Assembly (NCBI GenBank): GCA_951406725.2
Contig: OX597830.1
Coordinates: 48,856,001-48,920,000 of the forward strand
Direction: 5' to 3'
DNA: 64,000 nucleotides
Origin: Octopus vulgaris
Lineage: Eukaryota
Shown: positions 41,521 to 55,352 of the stretch, one piece after another
How the letters are laid out: every line of letters starts with the position of its first letter
Position numbering within the stretch: the first letter of the stretch is position 1
The notes under the pieces: generated by a model
Told to the model about the DNA's origin: nothing
The model's input: the letters and a program-made list of their open reading frames with translations, nothing else
The model's database searches: none
Program-made: the position numbers and the translations under genes

Positions 41521-41891
41521 GTGGCGCTCCGTCGGTTACGACGACGAGGGTTCCACTTGATCCGTTCAACGGAACAGCCTGCTGGTGAAATTAACGTGCA
41601 AGTGGCTGAGCACCCCACAGAAACGTGTGCCCTTAACGTAGTCCTCGGGGTCGATTCAGCGTCACAGAAAGTGTGTCAAGGCTGGCCCTTTGAAATACAG
41701 GTACAACAGAAACAGGAAGAACAAGTGAGAAAATTTGTGGTGAAAGAGTACAGCAGGGTTCGCCACCACCCACTTCCGGAGCCTCGTGGAGCTTTTTGCT
41801 CAATAAACCTTCACAACGCCCGGTCTGGGAATCGAAACCGCGATCCTACGACCGCGAGGCCGCTGCCCTAACCACTGGGCCATTGCGCCTC
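41521..41891 (-). mobile_element. Family-C SINE (head A plus tail 2)
   Basis: Same tRNA-like head as 36411; tail shared with 55706-55890. Confidence 0.85.
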
Positions 41892-41963
41892 AACACACAC
41901 ACACACACACACACACATATGAATTTATATATATGCATATATTTATATATGTATCTATAAATG

Positions 41964-42039
<76 letters not shown>

Positions 42040-42365
42040 CATTTGTGTGTCTCTCTCCCTCTCTCTCTCTATATATATATGTATGTATATATATGCATTT
42101 ATACACATAAGTGAGGGAGCATGTTATACTCATGATCGTAAGGTTGCGGTCTCTTGGATCAGGCAATGCGTTATATTCTTGACAAAAGCACCTCATTTCA
42201 AGTTGCTTCTGTCCACTCAGATGACAAAATGAGTAACTCTGCGACGGGCCGGCGTTCCGTTTAGGGAGGAAATATATACACCAAAGAATTTGGGAAGCCT
42301 GCCTCATGAGACTATATTTGATTCTGTTTTTAACACCCACTCACACACACATGGTTAGTCAACAC

Positions 42366-42603
<238 letters not shown>

Positions 42604-43384
42604 ATCCACCGATGTTATACAAGAAGACTTCCGTAAGTAAACGTAATTTTCCGTATATTTAGTGAGATATAAAAAGATATGTAAATGCACAAAAACACGT
42701 GAAATCAGTGAACTTACACACGTAAGGACTCTTGCACTATGAGAACACAGACGCACGCACAAGCACATACATACATAAAGATACACGCACATACACGCAC
42801 ATACACACACATCATATGCAAAGATGGCGGACAAAGCCAACGCATTATTCGTAGGCGTTGTTTTTGTTGATATTTCTTTTAGCATTAAATATAATGTTGT
42901 TGGTATCGTTGTTGTTTGTGGTGGTGGTGGTGGTGGCAGTAGTAGCCGTGGTGTGGTGATGTGCATTGAATGTTATAGTTAATTTCTAGTCCTGTATTCT
43001 TTTAAGCAATGAATATAAGTAAAAAAAAAAAATGTTCTTAAATCACCGACCCACTCTGCAATAGAGCTACAGCCATCTTGGAGCTGCGGCAGCAGCAGCA
43101 GTGACAGATGATAAGCTTATAAATATAGGGAAAGCTTTTCTTTTATCCTAACTTCAATATGGAATATTCACTTTGTTTTCTTGAGATTTCTTTCTTCATG
43201 CTTGTCGGTTGATTGTTTTGCTTGTAGTTTTTCGTTATATTGGCGCGGTTGATTGTGTGTGATTTTATGTACACACACACAACACACGAACGCACACACA
43301 CATACACAAAAACACACACACATACGCAAACAAACAGATACTCATATCTATTTATTTATATGCATACAGACATATATGCATATA

Positions 43385-43429
<45 letters not shown>

Positions 43430-43434
43430 GTATA

Positions 43435-43492
<58 letters not shown>

Positions 43493-43728
43493 TATATACG
43501 TATAAATATATATATATGGATATAAACATATGTATATATATATATATATATACATATGGATATATACACATGTATATATATATGGATGTATATATATATG
43601 GATATATATACATATATATATATATGAATATGTATGTCTATATGTATTTATTTGCATATACATATATATGCATATATATATGTGTGTATGCATGCATGTG
43701 TGCATGTGTGTGTGTGTGTGTGTGTGTG

Positions 43729-43775
<47 letters not shown>

Positions 43776-43936
43776 ATATATATAATTCTTGTTTCAGTCA
43801 CTGGATGACGGTCATAGTGGGGCACTGCGTTGAAGTCGATTATATCAACCCCAGTATTTATTTTCGAGTGTGGAACTTGCCATTCATATTTGTTAAAAAC
43901 CTAACTTCAGAACATAAAGAAAAACACACATGCATG

Positions 43937-43968
<32 letters not shown>

Positions 43969-44176
43969 CATATATACATACATACACACACACATATATA
44001 TATATATATGTGTGTGTGTGTGCATGTGTGTGTATATATGTATATATATATGTATATATATATGTATATATATATATACATATATATATACATATATATA
44101 TACATATATATATACATACATATATATCTATATATATATGTATATATATATGTATATATCTTTCAACGAGATTAAG

Positions 44177-44210
<34 letters not shown>

Positions 44211-45502
44211 AAAGAGAGAATGAGAGACAGACAGACAGACAGAGAGACAGAGAGACAGAGAGAGAGAAAGAGAGATTGAATGCAAGGAAAGGACATGAAG
44301 AGGAAGCACCCTGACAGAAACATCCATACAAGTGTGTGTATACATACACGAATATGTGTATACTCACAGTGTGCACACATGTGCACAAATATATACACAA
44401 TGAGCAAACAAAATCAGAGAAACTGCAGAATTTCCTCTACCACCACTTTTACCGACCATTATCCACCCCACCAGCAACAACTCCACCATCACTACCATCA
44501 CCACCAACAGTAGCCTCGCAATTAACTAATATCACCCCACCACCACCATCACCACCACCAGTACTAGCACTGCTACCACCATCGCCATTAACATATCCAT
44601 TCACAACATTACCATTACTAATAACTCAATCGTCACTTACAACGAATACACAGAGAATATCTACAAAAAACCACCGGAGTAGAGGCTCGATAGTTGATGT
44701 TTCGAAGCTTGTCAGTAACAAGTTGTTTTTCCCTTTCATTCTGTGAAATGAAAAATGGCGAATGAAGTGAGTTAATAGAAGAACGCAACGCTTCCAAGAA
44801 CTTAGACAAATAAAGATAAAAGCAACAAGTAGTTAGGGGCGTCTTGCGGGGACATTTGGTGCGTTGAATACGGCAGGCAAAACAACAGTTATTTAGTTTC
44901 TTTCACCGACTGTAATTTTCTGTAGTTCCTACATTACACAAGTAAAAACATTATAACTTGCAATCGCTTTAATTAGAAACATAGTAGGAAAAAAAAAAGA
45001 GAGTCCACGCCCAAGGGGAATAATTACATAAATATTCCACTTGTTTCCGGTAGTGGCAAAAATATAAGAATGAAGCCAAATATGAATGAGAAAAATATAT
45101 GAAAAGATTTGATACTCAAAGAATTTAATTCCATCTTTTACTATCTTACGAAGGGTAAAATCTGTTATAATCTGAAACTGGTAATTTTTAGTGTTTTTTA
45201 TTCTCTTCCTTGCAATCTGAAAGAAGCCTGGAAGTGAGTAGTTCAAATTTTGATTTAATTCTCAGTGGAGATGGTGCACGTTGGCTATTTCTATAAAATT
45301 GGAGAAGAATTTTCCTTTAAAAAATTTGGAGGAATTCTTTGTTATTTTCACGTCCAGTCATGTTTATTTTTTCCTCAATCTAATAGTGAGAAATTAATCT
45401 TTCCTTCATTGACATCACTGACTAGAAATATTAAAACAATTCTATGGAATTCATTGCTTTAACTTTGCATTATTTATAAATTAGCGAAAAAGTTAGTATT
45501 AA

Positions 45503-46055
45503 TACACTTTTGTTTATATCGCTAGCGGGGAAATGAATCCCCACCACCTATAGCGCTGAGACCACCAAATCCAGTGATTTCGACCAAGAGTACATTGTGC
45601 ATTTTGCCAATATGAAAAACCAATATGAAAGTTTCCCTCATGGTAACTACCACAGTATAGTTTGTTCTAATAGAGCAACCATGTTTAAGTGGAGATAAAT
45701 ATGACCTCTCGCTATTAATACTGCCTCTGTCGCTAATACATATTTTTTAACAAACTCATTGGTTAATTGTGACATCAGCACCTATTCTGGCACAGTTTGC
45801 CTATATATCGCTAGAGGGAAAATGAGTCACTGCTACCCCTAACAGTCGAGCGTCCATCGGTGTCGAGACCAAGAAAAGTCGAAATCACGTGACCAGGTGG
45901 TCTCGGCGCTGGAGATAAGTATTTATGTCTCCACTAACGATATAAACTAGAGTGTATCAAAAGGTAATATGGGAGTGTCTCTCATATCAACTACTGCAGT
46001 ATAGTCTGTTCTAACACAACATCCACGTTTAAGTGGAGATAAATATATGACCTCT
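45503..46055. repeat. Compound inverted/direct repeat (MITE-like or fold-back)
   Basis: 45503-45584 is inverted at 45878-45956, and 45622-45709 is directly repeated at 45966-46055. Confidence 0.6.
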
Positions 46056-46604
46056 TTCTGTTATTTAAATTACAGATAAACTACAAAAGTTATAAGGGGT
46101 GGTCATATGAGTGAGATTGGATGTATCAAATGTTTAGGCTTTGGGTGCAGCACTGCGGTGGATGAATGAAAAATCCATAGATATCTAAGTGTAAAGATCG
46201 ACATTATCGATTATTAGTGATTCCTTAGGTTTGGAACTGGATTCTTCACATAGAGTCATCTGTAATCTAGGTAAAGTTTGACTCAACACGCCTGTGATCA
46301 AATATTTTCCAGCTGTAATTTTACGTTTTTACCCTTTGAAACATAAAATGTCAAAAATTACATGTCCTTCCTTTTTTGGTTGAAAAGTTTGATTTGAGAG
46401 AAAATTTGGCCTCAGTTTCTTGCAAGTCAATCGTCCGGGTAGCAGCTCTCTCCTTGGTTGGGAAGACTCTTACCTTATCTAACCGTTTAGATAATCCATT
46501 GCTGGATCGTGAAAATTCTTTTATACATCATATGTAAGCACCCCTCTGCTGAAATATATGGAAGTCTTCTTACTGAATAATATAGTAATATAGAAGTACT
46601 TAAG

Positions 46605-46728
46605 CCCTCTGTTGGTTATGTAGAAAACTCCCATTGGGTATGTAGAAGACTCCTGCTGGATATGTAGAAGACTTCTGTTGGATATGTAGATGACTCCTGC
46701 TGGATATGTAGAAAACTCCCGTTGGCTC
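46605..46728. repeat. 22-bp minisatellite (ATATGTAGAAGACTCCTGCTGG), about 5-6 copies
   Basis: Directly visible tandem units. Confidence 0.85.
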
Positions 46729-47042
46729 ATGTACAGGCATCTTTCCTTTGTTGGGTCATACACATGAAATTAAAAATGCTAGGCAAGGATTCATAGATTG
46801 TTTAAGAGGGAAATCAGTGAAGACAGCAAATGACATCTTCGTTCATACTGAGAAATATTAAAAAAAATATTCCAGAATGATTCAGAAGTTAATAATTCCA
46901 TTTAATCTTCGTACAATCTTATATGAAAGCAAAAAGATAATCTGGTGGAGAATAATGAATATTTAAGATTCAGTCTTTAAGTTTTGAGGTTCTTGTTATA
47001 GTTGCTTTGATTAATCGTGGTAATATTGATGTTGTTTTTAAT

Positions 47043-47245
47043 TCTTCTTCTTCTTCTTCTTCTTCTTCTTCTTCTTCTTCTTCTTCTTCTTCTTCTTCTT
47101 CTTCTTCTTCTTCTTCTTCTTCTTCTTCTTCTTCTTCTTCTTCTTCTTCTTCTTCTTCGTCTTCTTCTTCTTCTTCTTCTTCTTCTTCTTCTTCTTCTTC
47201 TTCTTCTTCTTCTTCTTCTTCTTCTTCTTCTTCTTCTTCTTCTTC
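47043..47245. repeat. (TTC)n microsatellite
   Basis: Directly visible. Confidence 0.97.
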
Positions 47246-47797
47246 GTCGTTGTCGTCATCATCGTCACCTTTCCCGCATTAATGGAAATCTTCCGATAAA
47301 TTAATTCAATATAAAGTATTCAATTAAGTTTATTATTCAAGATTTTATTATTGTCCGGATATAAGGATAATGGGAGTAGTGAGAGGAGTTGTTATTTTAT
47401 TTTTCAAATAAGAAGGATTAACCTTTGATGGAAGCAAAAATATAAACAATTAAAATATTTGAAAGATGTCAGTAGAAATATGAAAGAATGTTTAAAGGGA
47501 TATTAAATTATTGGAGGAAAATTTATGTTAACGTGATTTTTCAATGAGAGAAGATGGGCCCACGCAGTGCTTATAGAGTAAGATTAAATCTTATTTGAAT
47601 CTTAGAGAGGAAGCTGTGCCCTTAGAAAGAAGATAGGACAACTGAGTGACGCTGGTTAAAGTTTAGTTTGAACGTATGAAGGTTACGTTTGAATAAAACC
47701 GTATAGGAGGTCTGCAGAAACGCATTTCTGAGTTGAAAATAAAAAAATCATCGAAAAATACCTTAGGAATGGGAACCCAGGTTCGAAATTTCCCCAA

Positions 47798-47843
47798 AAC
47801 ACCTGAAGAAAGCTGGAGTGCATATCAACCGAAATGTTGTGTT
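47798..47843 (+). ncRNA. Degenerate minimal type I hammerhead ribozyme
   Basis: aacac-CTGAAGA-a-agctg...caacc-GAAA-tg-TT-gtgtt. Stem I aacac/gtgtt is perfect; stem II is mismatched. Confidence 0.6.
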
Positions 47844-48041
47844 AACAAACAAGATGAAGACAAATATCCGTCGAATGTAAATAATGTAAGTAATGTACAT
47901 AATTCCTCTTCTCTTAAATATAGAACTGTATATTCCTTGTTACTTTAACTGCTTCTTGTACTATATAACTATAAAATGAGTTACGTTGGGGCAAGTTTTG
48001 TCGATTAAAGATCTAATAATGCTATGACAGAGAATAAGAAA

Positions 48042-48114
<73 letters not shown>

Positions 48115-49174
48115 CGAATGGTCATACGTGTATCGTTCTATTGTTAAATCAACTATCAATTACTAATCCGGACGGCATGTCAACCTACCTGAACTTTACA
48201 AACCACATTTCAATGCGTTGGCGTGTATAGCAATGCATCTCAGATATCACGTGATGCAATGCTAACAATTTCCGTTCCTTAATCTGATGGCGAACATAGA
48301 AATGTGAAGTGTCTTACAAATGCAATGTAAAGTCGTTGGTTAACTTTAAAACGAGATTGATATAGGACTTCATGTAAAAGATGTTATACCGCCATTGAAT
48401 ACGCTAGCATTCCATATCTAACATGGCGCTTGTCTCCTCAATTCAAGTACAGCCAGATCCCCAATCTGATCATAAAAAAAAAACTATTAGAATCATAGCC
48501 ATTATTTACCTTCAGCTTCCTCTTCTAACACTTCACGGTGTAATCTTTTCGGAATGCATTTCTATATTTCTCATCTTTACCTGTTCATTCTCTAGAGCTT
48601 AATATTAGATCTAGGTCTTATTGAATTTGACTGAGATACATTGGATGTCGGCATTCTTCTGTGTCTGAGATCCGCTCTTATTTAATGTTACTCTTGTGTA
48701 ATCACTAGGTTTTCTTATATTAGCTTTGTTCTTATATTGCTTCTTTGAAGTGAGCAAAGCAAACTGTTCTGGACAAATATATTATTAAGATGTAAAACTA
48801 TTTTACAGTTTACCGTCTTGATTTCGATAAGATTGTTATTCAGCCAATCACTCGGCGAATATTTGGCGGTGTTTAGGGAAGCCATGAGCTTTGCTCCTGC
48901 ATTATATAGATGCGTAAATATACATTGCCCCTTCAGAGTAGTATATATATTGAATTATATACGCATTTCACTATATATGTCCCGAGTTACCTCGGAAGCA
49001 TATACAGATATTGATTTAAAAACATCTCGCGCTTGCGTACTATCGAAAGCAACCCCGTTCAGGTATTCAGATATGTATGTGTACAACTGCGTTGGTATAC
49101 TTAGTGTGGTGCGCAAACTTGCTGTTCAAATGCACAAAATGTGTTTCCTGTCTCTGCCCCTCTCTTGTGTATAT

Positions 49175-49560
49175 TCTTTTGTTCTTTTACTTGTTTCAGC
49201 CATTTGACTGCGGCCATGCTGGAGCACCGCCATGAAGGGTTTTAGTTGAAGAAATCGACCCCAGGACTTATTCTTTGTGAGTCTAGTACTTATTCTATTG
49301 TCTCCCTTGCCGAACGGCTAAGTTACGGGGACGTAAACATACCAGCATCGGTTGTCAAACGATGATGGGGAAACAAATACAGACACAATGACACACACAT
49401 ACATATATATGACAGGCTTCTTTCAGTTTCCGTCTACTAAATCCACTCACAGGGCTTTGATCAGCCCGAAGCTAAAATAGAAGACACTTGTCCAATGTGT
49501 CACACAGTAGGACTGAACCTGGAACCATGTTGCTGGAAAGCAAGCTTCTTACCACTCATC
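49175..49560 (-). mobile_element. Family-B SINE
   Basis: Homologous to 54541-54985. Confidence 0.85.
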
Positions 49561-49566
49561 CACATA

Positions 49567-49605
<39 letters not shown>

Positions 49606-49822
49606 TGTGTGTGTATTGTTGACAACCTAAGAATTTATAGACTTTTGAGAGTACGTAAAATAATTATCATTTGGAACTGGATCTCGAAGTGTACATAAAA
49701 CTATAGATAATAGCATATATATATTCGTTGCTTTCTACCTTTTCTATCCCAAAGGGTTTTTGCATCCATATCTAATTCGAGCTCCAGTTCCCAAAAAAAC
49801 ATTATGTATATAGAAATGCATA

Positions 49823-50037
49823 TGAAGGGTACCAAAAACGTCTTAGTCTTGGGTAAAAGAAAATACAGAAGCTTCAATTAATTATGATTTTATGTAGCAT
49901 ATTTCCCTCTCAGATTCACACACTTATTCTAGAAGTTCTTCAGTTTTCCTAAGACCTGTAAAAGAACTCGGAAGTTTGGGCTTCCAACCAGGCCTTTCGC
50001 GATATCCTTGAAACCAGGAACTTTTCAGCACCCCTCA
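49823..50037. mobile_element. Tc1/mariner-type MITE (about 215 bp)
   Basis: Degenerate TIRs TGAAGGGTACCAAAAACGTCTTAG / CCAGGAACTTTTCAGCACCCCTCA, with TA on the left. Confidence 0.6.
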
Positions 50038-50128
50038 AATGTGTGTATAGATGTACTTATACGTATGTATGTATGTATGTATGTATGTATGTATGTATGT
50101 ATGTATGTATGTATGTATGTATGTATGT

Positions 50129-50492
50129 ATGTGCAGGGTCTGTGCAAGACCCTGCCTCAGTAAAGCTGGACTCAAGAGTCATCTTCGTAGTCATAAAGCA
50201 AGACAGATGAGTGACTACCTGGCCTCTGGTGGTGGTGTAACACACCATACTAATCATATCTGTCAGGCTTGTGTAAGAGAGGGTAATTTGGCAGGAGGAC
50301 TTAAACGACATGCAAAGGTACATGAAGCCCAGTTACAACTACAGCCGGCTATTACTGGTAAAGGTTTTAGCTGCCAGTTCTGTACAAGACATTGTAGATC
50401 TTTAGCTGGTCTAAAAAGTCACATACGATCACAGCACCAATAACAGTTAAGCTTCGTGCAATGGCCATACTCGATAACGAGGGGACAGCCAT

Positions 50493-50493
<1 letters not shown>
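50129..50493 (+). mobile_element. 5'-truncated RTE-like LINE end encoding three C2H2-type zinc fingers
   Basis: CRVCARPCLSKAGLKSHLRSH, CQACVREGNLAGGLKRHAKVH and CQFCTRHCRSLAGLKSHIRSQH, then a stop and a short RTE-like 3' end (ggccatactcgataacgaggggacagcc). Flanked by microsatellites. Confidence 0.7.
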
Positions 50494-50536
<43 letters not shown>

Positions 50537-50544
<8 letters not shown>

Positions 50545-50760
50545 TAAATTAGAGATAAAACCACTATTAGGCAAATCAAACAATGAAAAACTTAAGCCAA
50601 TACATAAATTAATTAATTTTATGTATTGGCTTAAGTTTTTCATAATAGTGGTTTTATCTCTAATTTAATATAATATAATATTTTACTATAAAATTGGATT
50701 CAATCCTAAATCTGATTTTTCCCTGTAAGTTTGGATCTATTCCCTAATATTTTATTATTA
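50537..50760. mobile_element. (TA)n-embedded fold-back element
   Basis: 50537-50569 / 50643-50675 and 50583-50608 / 50618-50643 are perfect inverted repeats with a 13-nt one-sided bulge. Confidence 0.55.
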
Positions 50761-50811
<51 letters not shown>

Positions 50812-50871
50812 TATATGCATGCATATATATATATGTATGGGTATGTATGTATGTATGTATGTATGTATGTA

Positions 50872-50922
<51 letters not shown>

Positions 50923-51729
50923 GTTTGTGTGTAGACTTTGAATTGCTTATGTAAAGTTGTTTCAGTTCCGAGTTTAAGTTATGATATATACTTACAAAAC
51001 TTCAGCGGGTTCAGGCAGGTGCATATTGATGCAGGTAAAGATGCACAAAGGTGCACATATAGACACACCCACGCCCACAGGTGCACATACAGACACACCC
51101 ACACCCACACCCACACACAAGTTATGAACGCAACACGCGGTATTAATATGCATTCACATAAATTATGAAATAAAACAAGTATTTAACCAAGTAATGAAAC
51201 AGCATAGAACAATTAAAATTGATAGGTTATCTCCATGAAGTAACAACAGCGAAGTGCTTCCGGTTAGATAATTATGTTATGATATAATGAAATTACAATA
51301 ATCATATAGTGTAATTACAGAATGATTATATAATAATATTATGCAGCCACAATCCCGGTGTGATATCAGCTCCAGGAGTTAACAGAAGCTGATAGACTTA
51401 TAGCTTTTCATTGCTGCTCATTTCTATTATGCGTTCAATTATTGTCATTTCTGATACAACTTAATTCTCCGCCCTAGCCCCCCAGCTTACATTTCTACCC
51501 ATTCGGTTTCTGTAATGGAATTTTATGCTTCTACGTGTCAAGATGATTTTATTGATATGCATTGTATAGTTCATCAATAAATGTATTAGGCTTATATATC
51601 ATTATGCATCGTATATTCAGAAAAAATATCGAAGACAACAAGGAGAAACTACTACACTTTACAATTACCGATAGGTTTACAAGACAAGGAGTCCAGCAAG
51701 GAGGTCTCCATTGGAATGTTGAAGCACAC

Positions 51730-51934
51730 TCTCTTTTACTCTTTTACTTGTTTCAGTCATTTGACTGTGGCCATGCTGGATCACTGCCTTTAGTCGAGCA
51801 AATCGACCCCAGGACTTATTCTTTGTAAGCCTAGTACTTATTCTATCGGTCTCTTTTGCCGAACCGTTAAGTTACGGGGACGTAAACACACCAGCATAGG
51901 TTGTCAAGCGATATTGGGGATCAAACACAAACAT

Positions 51935-51990
<56 letters not shown>

Positions 51991-52140
51991 GACAGACATC
52001 TTGCAGTTTCCGTCTACCAAATCCACTCACAAGGCCTTGGTCGGCCGGAGGCTATAGCAGAAGTGCCATGAAGTGGGAATGAACCCGGAACCATGTGGTT
52101 GGTAAGCAAGCTACTTACCACACAGCCACTCCTGCGCCTA
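51730..52140 (-). mobile_element. Family-B SINE
   Basis: Homologous to 54541-54985. Confidence 0.88.
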
Positions 52141-52349
52141 TAGAACTTTATTTCAAAACCCCTGCTAAATCTCCCTTAAGTCAAACCCAACCGTCTTAGA
52201 AATGAAGCAAATATTTCATAATGTAGACTTGGTTACACATTGCTTTGTTTTAAAATAGGAGCAAGTAACAGCTGGAGCATCTTTGATCATTGAGTCGTAC
52301 TGTCAAGGTTGAATCGAAGCTGGAGAACAATGAAAATAACTGATAGATT

Positions 52350-52790
52350 AATAATCCTTTGTATTATAGCTACAAGGCCTAAAATCTTAAGGGGAGGGGC
52401 CTAGTTGATTACATCGATCTCCAGTGCTTAACTGATACTTATTTTATCGAACCAGAAGTTTGAAAGGCAAACTTGACCTTGGCGACATTTGAACTCAGAA
52501 CAGAAAGCCAGAAGAAATGTCGCTTAGAATTTTGTCGGGCGCAGTAACTATCGTAGCCCTTACTTATCAATTTATAATCCTTTCTACTACAGGCACAAGG
52601 CCTGAAACTTGGATTCGGAGCTAGTCGATTACATCTGCTCCAGTGCTCAACAGGTACAAATCTTATCGACCTCGAAAGAACGAAAGGCCAAGTCGATCTC
52701 AGCGGAATTTGAACTCAGAACGTAAAGACGGACGAAATGCCGCTAAGCATTTTGTTCGGCACGCTAAAGATTCTACCAGTTCGCTACCTC
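52350..52790 (-). mobile_element. Two tandem older family-A SINEs
   Basis: Two reverse-oriented cores with a tail ending taatcctttctact. Confidence 0.75.
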
Positions 52791-53188
52791 ACTGATCAAT
52801 TAATGGTTATAATAGTTCTGGGAAATATTTTAGGATAGCAGTGTATGACAGGAAGATAAATGTGTCAAACTTTATTCCTAGAACGCAACAATAATAGTTG
52901 TTCACACCCTGAGAGACACCCACCTTAACTCGTTCACTTGTCTGTATAATATCATTAAAAATACATATTGCCAACTTGCAGTACTATCTATTAACAAATG
53001 TGGATCTAAAAGCAGTCATGTTTTAAATCTAGAACATCAAATATTTTCGTCGTGTAAACCATCAAGATATTTTCAACGATCAAATGCATGTTGGAAAGAA
53101 TAAATATAAACAATTAGAAAAATGTGTTAGTTCATTCATTTTGTCTGTTCTATTGAAGACATATGTGAGAGAGGAGGAGGAGGAGGAG

Positions 53189-53243
<55 letters not shown>

Positions 53244-54540
53244 TGTAAACGCTCGAGAAAATTTTGGGAAAATATTTCTGTGACTGCATAAATATTAAAA
53301 ATGATAATTGATGAACAAGAGATATTAACTAAAAAGAATCCAGTTATCAAAACAAGATCAACAGATATTAACTGCGGAAACTTTATCAGAAGATTAGACA
53401 AAAATGGAAAAAGATAATAAAAATAGAAATAAATTTAGAAACAAGTAAATAAGCACAAAATAAACAAGTAAAATACAAAATAAAAAAAAGAAAAATTCTG
53501 TATAAAACCTGAATTGTGGATAAAATGATATTTTAGATTTGGAAAATTTATAGTGAATTTATTTCCATCAATTAATTGAATGTTGTGAGGTGTGAGATAA
53601 ATTTTTATCTCAGGTTATTAATATTTTATCGATCTGACAACCATCCTGTGATTTATTGGGTGTCTATAGTTTCTCTCCCAGAAGATAATAAACCACTTTT
53701 CCTCATTCTTGTTCTCCCCGCACTAAAATGGTAAATGATACAAAGGAAAAAAAAAAAAAAGAGAGAATAACAACAAAGAAATGGAAATATTTTCAGAAGA
53801 ACTTTTCCATTTTATTTTTATTTTCCGCGAACCGAAAAAAGAAAAACGGACATTTTTGCTTTCAATGGTTTTTGTATTCCTTGAAGACTTCGACTCCATC
53901 AATGTGCTACAGTAGACAGTAGCAGAAACAAAATATTAAAATTTAACAGTTTCTATTTATAGATGTTATTTGAAACATGTTATTTTGGTGAAGTCATTCA
54001 AAATATGGCCGCTGTATTTATTTGGTGCTAAAACGCTGTATAGGAACGATTAAAGTACAAATTTGTAAAAAAATATGAAATGAAAATAAAGCTACAATAA
54101 TAATACTATCACGAGATGATTTGTTTGTTTAACTGGATAATAATACATTTAATATTATCGTGTTCATTTCTCCTCCATAGCTGACATATTTATTTGATAA
54201 TGCACAATGAGAATGTGTGGGAGTCAGTCTAATGGAATGTTTCAGCCTAGTGTATTACTGGTACTTATTTAATTTATTCTTGATTGATTAGGCATCTAAA
54301 ATGGACAGCCATCCGACCCCAGTATATTACTGGTGATAACCGATGATAAATAAGATGGATTGCCGACCAAAGAGTTCGAACTCTGTCACTTGACAACGCC
54401 ACATGTCCTTAGTAAAGCAACGTTACCCTCCCTGGTTTCTATTTATTTAGGTTTTAACCAGTAAGAACAATGCTACAGCTGGTGATTGTATTGTTACCTT
54501 TCGATGTTGTCACCATCCGCAGAAAAATATTTGAAAGAGT

Positions 54541-54711
54541 GGAGCAGGAGTGGCTGTGTGGTAAGTAGCTTGCTAACCAACCACATGGTTCCGGGTTCAG
54601 TCCCACTGCGTGGCATCTTGGGCAAGTGTCTTCTGCTATAGCCCCGGGCCGACCAATGCCTTGTGAGTGGATTTGGTAGACGGAAACTGAAAGAAGCCTG
54701 TCGTATATATG

Positions 54712-54766
<55 letters not shown>

Positions 54767-54985
54767 GTGTGTGTGTGTTTGTGTGTCTGTGTTTGTCCCC
54801 CTAGCATTGCTTGACAACCGATGCTGGTGTGTTGTCTCCGTTACTTAGCGGTTCGACAAAAGAGACCGATAGAATAAGTACTGGGCTTACAAAAGAATAA
54901 GTCTCGGTGTCGAGTTGCTCGATTAAAGGCGGTGCTCCAGCATGGCCGCAGTCAGATGACTGAAACAAGTAAAAGAGTAAAAGAG
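54541..54985 (+). mobile_element. Family-B tRNA-derived SINE, full length (CORE-like segment, internal microsatellite, LINE-derived tail)
   Basis: A box tggctgtgtggta, B box ggttcagtccc, CORE-like cttgggcaagtgtctt, central (TA)n(TG)n, and tail ggcggtgctccagcatggccgcagtcagatgactgaaac(aagtaaaag)n. Confidence 0.9.
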
Positions 54986-55064
54986 AGAGTCATTTATGAC
55001 TGGATAAGTCTTAATATTAAAAAAAAAGAAAATAAATCTGCGTTGATGAAATTATAAAGGTAAG

Positions 55065-55352
55065 AATATAGACCCCTTTCGGTCATGAATGACCATGGGA
55101 TTGCACCTAGAAAGTTCTCTTCCGAGGCACAAGTCCGGACAATGGAAGACCAGCAGTCGCACATGCATACCAGCCTCTCCTCTCCTTGACACCGTTGTGA
55201 AAGGCAAAAGCCGATACAGCTTGGAACCAGTGATGAAGCAACTCCTTTCTGCAGCTGAGTGAACTGGAACAACGTGAAATAAAGTGTCTTGCTCAAGAAT
55301 CGAACACACTACCTCATGATTGTGAACTCGACGCTCTAGCCACCGATACATG
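55065..55352 (-). mobile_element. SINE with head B (cttgagcaagacacttta) and a third tail
   Basis: Shares the head region with 55890-56025 but has a different 3' part. Confidence 0.7.
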
